Source: Alphaproteobacteria bacterium
GTDB taxonomy: Bacteria; Pseudomonadota; Alphaproteobacteria; UBA828
Assembly: GCA_963667785.2 (NCBI GenBank)
Contig: CAXXMU010000002.1
Span: forward strand, 544,001 to 608,000
Reading direction: 5' to 3'
Length of the DNA stretch: 64,000 nt
The notes beneath the pieces are model-generated. The model saw nothing but the letters and a program-made list of their open reading frames with translations, was not told the origin of the DNA and did no database searches. Below are positions 28,251 through 42,395 of this stretch, piece by piece (the stretch's first letter is position 1; every line of letters starts with the position of its first letter). Position numbers and translations under genes: made by a program.

Positions 28251-29654
28251 ATGGGCCGCAAATCCGAGCGCGATTTTCGGGCGATCCTCTTCGCCGCTGC
28301 CGTGGCCGCGGCGGTAGCCGGCGCGGCTGCGCTCGGCCCGCTGCAGGCGCGAGCGGACGACTTCTTCGCCGGCTACGAGGCGTTTCAGCGGGGCGACTAC
28401 GAGGCCGCGCGCGCTGCCTGGGCGCCGCTCGCGCTCGCCGGCGACGTCGATGCGCAGTACAACCTCGGCACGCTCTACGAGAACGGCTTCGGCAGGCCGG
28501 CGGACGCCGAGAAGGCGGCGCGCTGGTACCGGTCGGCGGCGGAGCGTCGCCTCGACCATGCCCGGCTCGCGCTGGCGCGGCTCCAGCGCTCCGGCGCCTT
28601 GGAGCCCGGCCCGGACGAGGACCAGATCAAGCTCCTCGAATCCGCCGCCCGGCGCGGGCTGGCCGAGGCGCAGTACGAGCTGGGCGTGGCCTACGATCAC
28701 GGCCTCGGCGTCACCCGGAACCATGCGACGGCGGCGGGCTGGTACCAGCGCGCGGCCGAGCAGGGCCTTACCGATGCCCAGTTCAACCTGGCGGCGCTCT
28801 ACGACGAGGGGCTCGGGACCCCGCGCGACTTCGCCATGGCGCACCATTGGTACACGCGCGCGGCAGACTCGGGCCAGGTGCGGGCCATGAACAATCTCGG
28901 CCACATCTACGAGACGGGGCTGGGCGGCCTGAGGGACTACGACATGGCAGTCGTCTGGTACCGCCGGGCGGCGGAGCAGGGCCTCGCCATCGCCCAGGCC
29001 AACCTGGCGGCGCTCTACTATCTGGGACGCGGCGTACCGCGCGATTTCGAGCAGGCCAGCCGCTGGTACGGGGCCGCCGCCGCGCAGGGAGACCCGGTGG
29101 GCCAGAACGGTCTCGGCCTGCTCCATGCCAACGGTCTCGGGACGGAGCGCGACCTCGTCCGGGCGATGGCGTGGTTCAGCCTCGCCGCATACGGAAACGA
29201 CCCGGCGAGCGCCGATGCGCGCGCCTACCGCGACCGGCTCACGCGCCTCCTCAGCGCCGAAGAGCGCGCCGAGGCCGAGGCGCTGAGTCTCGCGCTCGCG
29301 GCTCGAACGGTTCGGAACGAATCGCCCGGAAGGCAGATCTACGGCGTCTCCCTGCCGCGACCGGCGGATGGCTTCGGCGATTCCGCCATCTACGCGCAAC
29401 GGCTCCTCAAGTGGCTGGGCTACTATGGCGCGGCGGTGGACGGTGTCGCCGGCAGTCTCACGATCGAGGCGACCCGCCAATTCCTGAAGGACAACGCGCT
29501 GAGCATGGAGCCGCAGGTGACGCGCGACCTGGTGGAGGCGCTGGAGGCGGAGCGAAAGGCGCGCGTCGCAGCCGCCGAGACGGAAGCCGGGCAGGACGCC
29601 GTCGCGGAGCCGCCCGGAGAGGCGCGCCTCGACGACGGGCAGGGAAGGCTATGA
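28251..29654 (+). CDS. Sel1-repeat protein with a C-terminal peptidoglycan-binding domain
   Basis: Signal/TM segment, about 7 Sel1 repeats (AQYNLGTLYENGFG...WYRSAAE), then AQRLLKWLGYYGAAVDGVAGSLTIEATRQF (PG_binding_1-like). Confidence 0.85.
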   Translation: MGRKSERDFRAILFAAAVAAAVAGAAALGPLQARADDFFAGYEAFQRGDYEAARAAWAPLALAGDVDAQYNLGTLYENGFGRPADAEKAARWYRSAAERRLDHARLALARLQRSGALEPGPDEDQIKLLESAARRGLAEAQYELGVAYDHGLGVTRNHATAAGWYQRAAEQGLTDAQFNLAALYDEGLGTPRDFAMAHHWYTRAADSGQVRAMNNLGHIYETGLGGLRDYDMAVVWYRRAAEQGLAIAQANLAALYYLGRGVPRDFEQASRWYGAAAAQGDPVGQNGLGLLHANGLGTERDLVRAMAWFSLAAYGNDPASADARAYRDRLTRLLSAEERAEAEALSLALAARTVRNESPGRQIYGVSLPRPADGFGDSAIYAQRLLKWLGYYGAAVDGVAGSLTIEATRQFLKDNALSMEPQVTRDLVEALEAERKARVAAAETEAGQDAVAEPPGEARLDDGQGRL

Positions 29655-30487
29655 GGGCGATGCAGGGCGCGAGGCCGGCCGCGCCGATCGCGCTGGCTGC
29701 GGCGCTCGCTCTCGCTCTCGCGCTGCTCGCCGGTTGCAGCGCGAACGAAGAGCCCGCCTATGTCGAGCGCAGCGTCGAGGAGCTTTACAACGAAGCGCTG
29801 GACAACCTGCTGGACGGCAACGCCGAGGACGCCGCGGCGGGCTTCGACGAGGTCGAGCGCCAGCACCCCTACTCGGTCTGGGCGACCCGGGCGCAACTCC
29901 TTTCGGCGTTCACCTACTACCAGGCCAACCTCTACGACCAGGCGATCGAGAGAGCCAACCGCTTCGTCGAACTGCATCCCGGCCACAGCGAGGCGGTCTA
30001 CGCCTACTACCTGATCGCCCTTTCCTACTACGAGCAGATCTCGGACGTGGACCGAGACCAGAAGATGACGGCGCTCGCCCTGCAGTCCCTCGAGGAGGTG
30101 GTGCGGCGGTTCCCCGGCAGCGCCTATGCGCGCGATGCCCGGCTCAAGGTCGACCTGACCCGCGACCACCTCGCCGGCAAGGAGATGGGGGTGGGGCGGT
30201 ACTATCTCCGGCGCGCGCACTACGTGGCGGCGATCGGGCGCTTCCGCAACGTGGTCGAGCGTTATCAGACCACCAGCCACGCGCCGGAGGCGCTGCATCG
30301 CCTGACCGAGGCGTATCTGGCGCTCGGGCTGGCGGACGAGGCGCAGACGGCGGCCGCCGTCCTCGGCCACAACTACCCGGGCAGCCGGTGGTACGAACAC
30401 AGCTACGCCCTGCTCGTCGATTCCGGACTCGAGCCCGAGGAGGATCGGGAATCCTGGATCAGCCGGGTCTTCGGCGGCCTGATCTGA
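29651..30487 (+). CDS. bamD: Outer membrane protein assembly factor BamD
   Basis: Lipobox LAGC; FDEVERQHPYSVWA, YYEQISDVDRDQ, DHLAGKEM, YQTTSHAPEALHRL, VLGHNYPGSRWY; ATGA overlap with the Sel1 gene. Confidence 0.93.
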   Translation: MRAMQGARPAAPIALAAALALALALLAGCSANEEPAYVERSVEELYNEALDNLLDGNAEDAAAGFDEVERQHPYSVWATRAQLLSAFTYYQANLYDQAIERANRFVELHPGHSEAVYAYYLIALSYYEQISDVDRDQKMTALALQSLEEVVRRFPGSAYARDARLKVDLTRDHLAGKEMGVGRYYLRRAHYVAAIGRFRNVVERYQTTSHAPEALHRLTEAYLALGLADEAQTAAAVLGHNYPGSRWYEHSYALLVDSGLEPEEDRESWISRVFGGLI

Positions 30488-30497
30488 CGCGGGGCAG

Positions 30498-35027
<4,530 letters not shown>

Positions 35028-35031
35028 GCGC

Positions 35032-35355
35032 CTAATGCGCGCCGCGGGAGAGGTTCAACCCCACCACGCCGATGATGATGAGGATGATGGAGCCGACCCT
35101 GAGCGGCCCCATCGGCTCCTTGAACCAGATGTAGCCGATCATGGCGATCGCGGCGGTGCCGATGCCGGCCCAGATCGCGTAGGAGAGGCCGAGATCGAGC
35201 TTCTTCAGCGCGAACGCGAACAGCACGAAGCTGATTCCGTAGAGGATGAAGATCAGCGCCGAGAAGACGGGCTTGGTGAGCCCCTCGCTCAGCTTCATGG
35301 AGGTCGTGCCGCCTACCTCGAATACGATGGCGAGACCGAGATAGACCCAGTGCAT
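35032..35355 (-). CDS. SMR family small multidrug/cation efflux transporter (EmrE/QacE-like)
   Basis: 107 aa, 4 TM segments; AIVFEVGGTTSMKLSEG (conserved membrane Glu), YAIWAGIG. Confidence 0.9.
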   Translation of the reverse strand: MHWVYLGLAIVFEVGGTTSMKLSEGLTKPVFSALIFILYGISFVLFAFALKKLDLGLSYAIWAGIGTAAIAMIGYIWFKEPMGPLRVGSIILIIIGVVGLNLSRGAH

Positions 35356-35585
35356 GGCGCGACTCCCCGACTATGGCGGCCGAGGGCCGTCAATCTTTGA
35401 TAAGCGCCCGGAAGTCAAGGAAGGCGGGGGGGAGCCGTCCCTCTGGGGCGGGGGACGCGCGGTTGCCTCCGGCCCGCTCTCCCCATAACATCCTGCCGCC
35501 CGGGTTCATGGGGAGGCCGGGCCACGATCGACTGGGCGCGGCGCCTGGCCCGAGGGGCCGGGTGCGTGCCTGAACATGCGGGAGG

Positions 35586-37643
35586 ATGGTGTTGGCAGAT
35601 TATCTGGTCGGCATCGATGTCGGCGGCACATTCACCGATTTCGTGAGCTACAATTCGGAGACCAGGGCGGTCGACGTGTGGAAGATCCTGTCGACTCCCC
35701 ACGACCCCAACGAAGGCATCCTCGGCGGTCTCAGGCGCTTCGACGCGCCATCGGACGTCCGCAACATCAGGCTCGGCACCACGGTGGCGACCAACGCGAT
35801 CCTCGAGCGCAAGGGGGCGACCGTCGCCTACGTGACGACCGAAGGGTTTCGGGACATCCCCTTCATCCAGCGCGGCAACCGACGCAGCCACTACGACATC
35901 ACCTGGATCAAGCCGAAGCCGCTGGTCAAGCGCCGCCACTGCTACGAGGTGAGCGAGCGGATCATGTCCAACGGCACGGTCCACGTGCCGCTCGACGAGG
36001 ACGCCGTGCGCGCGATCGGACGCAGCATCAGGGAGGACGGCTCGATCGAGGCGGTGGCCGTCAACTTCCTCTTTTCCTACGTGACGCCGGACCACGAGCG
36101 CCGCGCCAAGGAGATTCTCGAAGAGGAGCTGCCGGACATTCCGGTCTCCATCTCCTATGACGTGCTGCCGAAGTGGAAGGAGTACGAGCGCGCGTCCACC
36201 ACCATCGCCGACGCCTACGTGAAGCCGGTGGTGAACCGGCAGGTGGCCAGCCTGCGCGAGCGCTTCAAGGAGAGCGGCATCACCGACCAGGCCGTGGTCA
36301 TCAAGTCCAACGGCGGCGAGATGACGCTGGAGGCGGCGCAGCGGACGCCGATCCAGATGACGGTCTCGGGCCCCACCGGCGGCGTGATCGCGGGCAAGCA
36401 CATCGCCAAGCTGAGCGGCATCAGCCACCTCGTCACCCTCGACATGGGCGGCACCTCGACCGACACGTCGACCATCGTGGGCGGGCAGGAGAACTTCACC
36501 ACCGACTACGAGGTGGAGTTCGGCGTCCCCATCCAGATCCCGATGATCGACATCCGCACCATCGGCGCCGGCGGCGGCTCCATCGCCTGGATCGACAAGG
36601 GCGGCATGCTGCGGGTCGGGCCCGAGAGCGCCGGCGCGAACCCCGGCCCCGCCTGCTACGGCACCGGCGGCGAGCGCCCGGCGGTCACCGACGCCAACCT
36701 GCTGCTCGGCCGGATCAACCCCTCCAACTTCCTCGGCGGCGAGATGGCGCTGGACGTCGCCGCGGCCGAGAAGGCGATCGAGACCGTCTCCGGCCCGCTG
36801 GGGCGGACGGCGGAGGAGACCGCGCTCGCCATCGTCCAGATCGCCAACAACAACATGGTGGGCGCGCTCCGCTCGGTGCTGATCGAGCGCGGCCTCGACC
36901 CGCGCGACTTCTCGCTGCTCGCCTTCGGCGGCGCGGGCCCGCTGCACGCGGCCGACCTGATGAACGACGCCGGCATCCCGTCGGGCGTGATTCCCAACTA
37001 TCCGGGGCAGTTCTCGGCCTTCGGCTTCATCCTCACCGATGCGCGGGTGGACGTGCAGCGCACCGTGCAGATGACGTCGAAGCGCTTCGACCAGGCGCGC
37101 GCGTCCGAGGTGATGGCCGCGCTGATCGAGACCGGCATCGCCGAGCTGAAGGCGCAGGGCTACGTCAAGAACATCGAGATCTACCGCTCGCTGGAGATGC
37201 GCTATCTCGGCCAGAACTACGAGCTGGAGATCCCGGTCGCCTTCGATTCGTTCACCGACGAGACGACGCCCAAGGTCTGGCAGGCCTTCCACGACATGCA
37301 TCTCGCGCGCTTCGGCTTCAACATCCCGCGCGAGGTGATCGAGGTCATCACCGTCAAGGCCACCGTCGTCTCGCTCACCGAGAAGCCCGATCTCGCCACC
37401 ATCGGCAAGGCGGAGTCCGCCTCGCCCGACGCCGTGGCCACCCGCTCCGTGGTGTTCGACGACGGCCGGCACGAGACGCCGATCTACGACCGCGCCGGCT
37501 TGCGCGACGGCCACGCCGTGACCGGGCCCGCCATCGTCGAGGAGCCGGTCTCCGTGACCGTGCTCAGGCCGGGCCAGCCAATGAGAGTGGATCAGTACGG
37601 CAATCTTCTGATCGGACGCATCGCCGAGGAGTCCCGACCATGA
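35586..37643 (+). CDS. Hydantoinase/oxoprolinase family subunit A
   Basis: GIDVGGTFTD, GTTVATNAILE, DMGGTSTD, GAGGGSIA, GPESAGANPGPACYG, FGGAGPLH. Confidence 0.92.
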   Translation: MVLADYLVGIDVGGTFTDFVSYNSETRAVDVWKILSTPHDPNEGILGGLRRFDAPSDVRNIRLGTTVATNAILERKGATVAYVTTEGFRDIPFIQRGNRRSHYDITWIKPKPLVKRRHCYEVSERIMSNGTVHVPLDEDAVRAIGRSIREDGSIEAVAVNFLFSYVTPDHERRAKEILEEELPDIPVSISYDVLPKWKEYERASTTIADAYVKPVVNRQVASLRERFKESGITDQAVVIKSNGGEMTLEAAQRTPIQMTVSGPTGGVIAGKHIAKLSGISHLVTLDMGGTSTDTSTIVGGQENFTTDYEVEFGVPIQIPMIDIRTIGAGGGSIAWIDKGGMLRVGPESAGANPGPACYGTGGERPAVTDANLLLGRINPSNFLGGEMALDVAAAEKAIETVSGPLGRTAEETALAIVQIANNNMVGALRSVLIERGLDPRDFSLLAFGGAGPLHAADLMNDAGIPSGVIPNYPGQFSAFGFILTDARVDVQRTVQMTSKRFDQARASEVMAALIETGIAELKAQGYVKNIEIYRSLEMRYLGQNYELEIPVAFDSFTDETTPKVWQAFHDMHLARFGFNIPREVIEVITVKATVVSLTEKPDLATIGKAESASPDAVATRSVVFDDGRHETPIYDRAGLRDGHAVTGPAIVEEPVSVTVLRPGQPMRVDQYGNLLIGRIAEESRP

Positions 37644-39367
37644 CCCAGAAAGCCGACGTCGACATGGTCGCCATGTCGATCATCGATTCCACCATGACCG
37701 CGGTCTGCCGCGAGATGGGAATCGTCCTGATGAAGACGTCCTATTCGACGATCTTCAACGAGGCGCTGGACTTCACCTGCGCGCTGGCGAGCCCCGAGGG
37801 CGAAATGATCGCCCAGGCGGAATACTGCCCGTCCATGATCGGCGGCGTGCCGCTGCTGGTGCGAAGCTGCGTCAAGGAGATCCCGCTGGAGACGCTCGAA
37901 CCCGGCGACGTGATCTGCCACAACGATCCCTACCGCGGCGGCCTGCACTGCCCCGAGCACACGCTGATCAAGCCGGTCTTCGTGGACGACGAGCTCATGG
38001 GCTTCGCCATGACCATCGGCCATCTGCAGGAGATCGGCGGCATGGTGCCGGGCGCGTTCGCCGGCGAGGCCACCGAGATCTTCCACGAGGGCATCCGCGT
38101 GCCGCCGGTCAAGATCAAGAGCCGCGGCGAGGATGTCGAGGAGGTGTGGAAGCTGCTGCTCGCGAACGTCCGCACGCCGCGCTACAACTACGGCGACCTG
38201 CGCGCGCTCATCGCCGGCGTCGACGTGGGCGAGCGCGGGCTGGCGAAGCTGATCCGCAAGTACGGCAAGGAGCAGTTCCGCCGCAACGTCCTCGACCTGA
38301 TGGACTATTCCGAGAGCCGCATGCGCGCCGAGATCGGCGCCATCGAGGACGGCGTCTACCGCTTCCAGGACCAGGTGGAGGACGACGGCATCGAGAGCCG
38401 GCCCTACGACATCAGGGTGGCGGTCCACGTCCAGGGCGACGAGGTGGTGATCGACTATTCCGGCACCTCGCCGCAGGCGCTCGGCCCGATCAACGCCACC
38501 CTCGGCGTCTCCTACTCCGCCGCCTACAACGGCATCCTGCAGGTCACCGACGAGACGATCCCGAAGAACTCGGGCTGCTTCCGCCCGATCCGCGTGGTCT
38601 CGCCGCCCGGCACCCTGCTCAACGTCGACTATCCGGGGCCCGAGGTCGGCGGTAATACCGAGACCCACTGCAAGATCGCGGGCGCCGTGATCGGCGCGCT
38701 GGCGCCGGCGCTGCCCGACCGCACCATGGCGGCGGAAGGCGCCACCCATACCAACTTCGTCTTCGGCGGCACCGACGAGGAGACCGGCGAGGCGTTCGTC
38801 TGCTACGCAATCGAGCTTTCCGGCTGGGGCGGGCGCAACTTCGCCGACGGCAACGACGCCACCGATTCGATCAACGGCAACTGCCGGGTCGTGCCGGTCG
38901 AGGTGTTCGAGACCCGCTTCCCCTTCCGCACCGAGTCCTACATCCTGGTCCAGGATTCCGGCGGCGCCGGCCGGAACCGCGGCGGGCTCAGTACGCAGCG
39001 CACGCTCAAGAGCCTCGATACCGAGATCACCGGCAGCCAGATGTCCGACCGCCACCGCAACCGGCCCTGGGGTCTGCACGGCGGCCAGCCCGGCGGCCTC
39101 GCCGGCACCTGGCACCAGCAGGCCAACACCACCACCTGGCACATGATCGACGAGGCCTTCGGCAAGGCGAGCCCGAGCAAGTGGAGCAACGTCCGCATCC
39201 GGCCGGGCGATTCGATCCGCTTCCAGACTCCCGGTGGCGGCGGCTGGGGCGATCCGCGCGAGCGGCCGCGCGAGCAGGTGATCGAGGATCTCGCCGAAGG
39301 CTATATCTCCGCCAGCTCGGCGCGGGAGCACTACGGCCTGGACGGGGCTGCCGAAGCGGCGGAGTAG
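37640..39367 (+). CDS. Hydantoinase B/oxoprolinase family subunit B
   Basis: ATGA overlap with subunit A; IFNEALDFTC, HNDPYRGGLHCPE, GHLQEIGG, DSGGAGRNRGG, TPGGGGWGDP. Confidence 0.92.
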   Translation: MTQKADVDMVAMSIIDSTMTAVCREMGIVLMKTSYSTIFNEALDFTCALASPEGEMIAQAEYCPSMIGGVPLLVRSCVKEIPLETLEPGDVICHNDPYRGGLHCPEHTLIKPVFVDDELMGFAMTIGHLQEIGGMVPGAFAGEATEIFHEGIRVPPVKIKSRGEDVEEVWKLLLANVRTPRYNYGDLRALIAGVDVGERGLAKLIRKYGKEQFRRNVLDLMDYSESRMRAEIGAIEDGVYRFQDQVEDDGIESRPYDIRVAVHVQGDEVVIDYSGTSPQALGPINATLGVSYSAAYNGILQVTDETIPKNSGCFRPIRVVSPPGTLLNVDYPGPEVGGNTETHCKIAGAVIGALAPALPDRTMAAEGATHTNFVFGGTDEETGEAFVCYAIELSGWGGRNFADGNDATDSINGNCRVVPVEVFETRFPFRTESYILVQDSGGAGRNRGGLSTQRTLKSLDTEITGSQMSDRHRNRPWGLHGGQPGGLAGTWHQQANTTTWHMIDEAFGKASPSKWSNVRIRPGDSIRFQTPGGGGWGDPRERPREQVIEDLAEGYISASSAREHYGLDGAAEAAE

Positions 39368-39399
39368 GCTGCCGCCTCACGGGCCGTTACGCCCGAACC

Positions 39400-39420
39400 T
39401 GCCCGGACTCGTTCCGGGCA
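39400..39420. repeat. Single hairpin arm of the REP-like element
   Basis: TGCCCGGACTCGTTCCGGGCA, identical to the core of the left arm at 39486. Confidence 0.75.
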
Positions 39421-39485
39421 GCCGGGCAACCGCGCATCCGGGCCTCTCCATTGCCCGGCCGTCTTCACTCGCCGCCTTCACACCT

Positions 39486-39580
39486 CGTCATGCCCGGACT
39501 CGTTCCGGGCATCTCTCTCAGTTGGGCCCGCCATACGTCTGGCAAACACGTGGATGGCCGGAACGAGTCCGGCCATGACG
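39486..39580. repeat. CGTC-tagged REP-like palindromic doublet (95 bp), second full copy
   Basis: CGTCATGCCCGGACTCGTTCCGGGCATC-N39-GATGGCCGGAACGAGTCCGGCCATGACG between convergent genes. Confidence 0.88.
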
Positions 39581-39594
39581 GATCGAAGACTGGG

Positions 39595-40848
39595 TTACTT
39601 GTCGCGGCGCTCGGCGACGAGGGCGTCGAGGCGCTTGAGCAGGGCCGCGCGATCCGGCGCGAAATCTTGGTCAATCCACCAGTCTTCGACGGCTTCGAGC
39701 AAGCGGCCGACCTCCGGCCCCTCCGGGATGCTGCGCGCTAGCACGTCGTCGCCAGTGACGGGGAACGGCGGCGCTTCCCACTCTTCGGCCGTCTTCAGCA
39801 TCTTCCGCCAAGCTTCTTCGTTCTCACCGTGCCACTCGGTGGCCCAAGCGAGCAGCACCAGATTGCTGAAGTGCGCCGATCCGTGCCGGTAGAGCAGCCG
39901 ACCCTGAGCGCGGACGTCCAGATCCCGTCTGACGAGACTCGTTGATTCCACCAGCGCGATGAGCCGCGCGCTGTCGTTGCCGCTAAGGTGCCAGCGTTCC
40001 GCGACTGCCTTTGCGGCAGTTAGCGCGTCGTCATTCTCGGCGATCAGGCAAGCGAGCCGCCTGATAGGATCGGCTTCGGAGACTTTTTTCTCGATACCAA
40101 CCAGTCGGGCGAGGCGCTTGGTCTCCGGTGCCTCACGCAGCAGCGCATAAAGAATGCCGGCGTTCCGCATCTCGCGCACGGCTGACAATGGATTCTCGGC
40201 AGCGAGCAGCTTCAGCATCTCGGCCTGCACCCGCTCGCCCGAGAGGGACGGGATCGTGTGTGCCGCGTCCCTGCAGGCTTCGAGCGCCGCTGCGTCCGGC
40301 TCGCCCTTGCCGTACCAGGCGTGGAAGCGGAAGAAGCGGAGGATGCGCAGGTAGTCCTCGGCGATGCGAGTCGCAGGCTCGCCGACGAAGCGCACGCGGC
40401 CGGCCACGAGGTCGGCCTGCCCGCCGAAATAGTCGCGGAGCGTGCCGTCCGGCGTCATGCTCATGGCGTTGATGGTGAAGTCGCGGCGCGCCGCGTCCTC
40501 CCGCCAGTCGTCGGTGAAGGCGACCTCGGCGTGGCGGCCGTCCGTCTCCACGTCGCGCCGGAGCGTGGTGATCTCGTAGCGCTCGCCGTCTGCAAGCGCG
40601 GTCACCGTGCCGTGCGCGACCCCGCGCGGGACGGTGCGGTTCTCGATGCCGGCGCGCTCCAGCAGCGCCAGCACCCGCTCCGGCTCGTCGGGGGTGCCGA
40701 TGTCGATGTCGCGGCTTTCCCACCGGAGCAGCGCGTCGCGGACGCAGCCGCCGACGAAGCGCACCTCCGCACCGTCCCTTGTGAGCGCTTCCACCACCGC
40801 GCGCGTCGCAGAGGCGGTCATCCAGGGAGCGTGCGCCGGTCTCTCCAC
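39595..40848 (-). CDS. cca: CCA tRNA nucleotidyltransferase
   Basis: RFVGGCVRDALL..DIDIGT, EITTLRRD..TDGRHA, DAARRDFTINA, RIAEDYLRILRFFRF, LSGERV; start GTG 40848 or ATG 40821. Confidence 0.92.
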   Translation of the reverse strand: MERPAHAPWMTASATRAVVEALTRDGAEVRFVGGCVRDALLRWESRDIDIGTPDEPERVLALLERAGIENRTVPRGVAHGTVTALADGERYEITTLRRDVETDGRHAEVAFTDDWREDAARRDFTINAMSMTPDGTLRDYFGGQADLVAGRVRFVGEPATRIAEDYLRILRFFRFHAWYGKGEPDAAALEACRDAAHTIPSLSGERVQAEMLKLLAAENPLSAVREMRNAGILYALLREAPETKRLARLVGIEKKVSEADPIRRLACLIAENDDALTAAKAVAERWHLSGNDSARLIALVESTSLVRRDLDVRAQGRLLYRHGSAHFSNLVLLAWATEWHGENEEAWRKMLKTAEEWEAPPFPVTGDDVLARSIPEGPEVGRLLEAVEDWWIDQDFAPDRAALLKRLDALVAERRDK

Positions 40849-40859
40849 CCGGGGTCTGC

Positions 40860-41138
40860 TCAGTCGACGACCTCGGCCGGCACGATCTCGCCGTCGACGA
40901 TGCGCGCCGGCACGTAGGTGCCCTCGGGGTCGCCGCCGGCGGTCATGGCCCACACCACCAAGCTTGCCGCCGTCAGGATCAGCCCACTGCCCAGCAGCCT
41001 GATCCACGGCAGCTTGCGCAACTGCGCCGCCACGCTGCTGCGGCTGAGCTGGATCCGCCGCGCCAGGATGAGAAAGGCGATGTAGAGGATCGTCGGCGCG
41101 AGCAGGATCAGGATATGGATCAGCGTGGTTCTCAGCAT
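40860..41138 (-). CDS. Small membrane protein (DUF6111-like)
   Basis: 92 aa, two TM segments, C-terminal YVPARIVDGEIVP; conserved position between the Nudix gene and cca. Confidence 0.75.
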   Translation of the reverse strand: MLRTTLIHILILLAPTILYIAFLILARRIQLSRSSVAAQLRKLPWIRLLGSGLILTAASLVVWAMTAGGDPEGTYVPARIVDGEIVPAEVVD

Positions 41139-41794
41139 GACGCCCGCACCACATCCCGGAAGTTGACGAGGATCGCCGCCGTGGCACCCCAGATATGATA
41201 CGCCTCATAGGGCAGCACGTAAAAACGCCGCTCGATGCCGTTCACCGTCAGCCCGTCGCGGCGGTAGTTGGCGGGCTCCAGCACGAAGGACAGCGGCACC
41301 TCGAAGATCTCCGCCACCTCGCGCGTGTCCGGCATGAAGGCCGGCGGCGCCGCGACGAAGCCGACGACCGGCGTGATGCGGTAGCCGGTGCCTACGAGAT
41401 AATCGTCGAGCCGGCCCGCCACCTCCACCGAGGCCGCCGGCAGCCCGATCTCCTCCTCCGCCTCCCTGAGCGCCGTTCTCTGCGGACTCCCGTCTTCGGG
41501 ATCGGCGCGGCCGCCGGGAAAGCTGATCTGGCCGGCGTGGCGCGCCAGCCGCTCGGCCCGCCGGGTGAGCAGCACCGAGAGCGCGCCCGCCCGCTCGACG
41601 ACGGCGACGAGCACGGCGGCGGGCGTGATCGGCTCCTCCGGCGAGAGCCGGCCCCAGGATTCCTCGCTGTGCCGGAGCGAGCCGGGCACACGGGCCGCAG
41701 GCGCCCGCTCGGCAGCCGCGATGACCGCCTCCCACGGCTGATCCGGCGCGCCCGGCGCCTCGTGCGCCACGCCGCGCAGAATGTCGGTTCGCAT
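41132..41794 (-). CDS. CoA pyrophosphatase (Nudix, NudL/PCD1 type)
   Basis: AAVLV..LLTRRAERLARHAGQISFPGG, ALREAEEEIG, GYRITPVVG, IWGATA. Confidence 0.9.
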   Translation of the reverse strand: MRTDILRGVAHEAPGAPDQPWEAVIAAAERAPAARVPGSLRHSEESWGRLSPEEPITPAAVLVAVVERAGALSVLLTRRAERLARHAGQISFPGGRADPEDGSPQRTALREAEEEIGLPAASVEVAGRLDDYLVGTGYRITPVVGFVAAPPAFMPDTREVAEIFEVPLSFVLEPANYRRDGLTVNGIERRFYVLPYEAYHIWGATAAILVNFRDVVRASC

Positions 41795-42336
41795 CAGTCG
41801 GACCCGGCGGACGCTCCCGGCGCCTCGTCGAAGGGGAAGAACGCGCCGTCGCTCCAGACGCCGAGCACCGGCCTGCCTGCCAGCGTCCGCTCGACGCAGA
41901 GCTCCACCAGTCCGTAGTAGGCGGTGCGCGCCACGCGCGCCTCCAGGCCGTCGCGAACGGTGAGATAGGGCGCCTTCTCCCGCGAGCTGGGTAGCGCGCG
42001 AAAGGCGAGGGGATGCGCAGGCCCGGCGCTCACCCACTCGTCCAGATTGGTGCGGAAGCGCAGGCTCTGCGCCTTGCCGCTGCCGCTCGCCTCCAGCTCG
42101 ACGGCGACGAAGGGCACGTCGTCGACCGCGATGCGGGCCCGCTCCACCGGGGTGACGAGCCAGTAATCGCCGTCGTCCTCGCGCCTGAGCACGCTCGCGA
42201 AGAGCTTGACCAGCGGCAGGCGCCCGATGGGGCAACCTTCGTGGAACCAGGTGCCGTCGCCGGCGATGCGGATGTCGATGTCGCCGCAGAAGAGCTGCGG
42301 CGGCGACCCTGCCGCCGGTGCGTTCGACTCGCTCAT
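41794..42336 (-). CDS. DUF1285 family protein
   Basis: FCGDIDIRIAGDGTWFHEGCPIGRLPLVKLFASVLRRE, LVTPVE, FRTNLDE, WSDGAFF. Confidence 0.88.
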   Translation of the reverse strand: MSESNAPAAGSPPQLFCGDIDIRIAGDGTWFHEGCPIGRLPLVKLFASVLRREDDGDYWLVTPVERARIAVDDVPFVAVELEASGSGKAQSLRFRTNLDEWVSAGPAHPLAFRALPSSREKAPYLTVRDGLEARVARTAYYGLVELCVERTLAGRPVLGVWSDGAFFPFDEAPGASAGSD

Positions 42337-42395
42337 GGGCGCAGTATAGCCAAGCGGCACGTTCTCGCCTCTTGTGCGGTGCCGCCCGAGACTCC

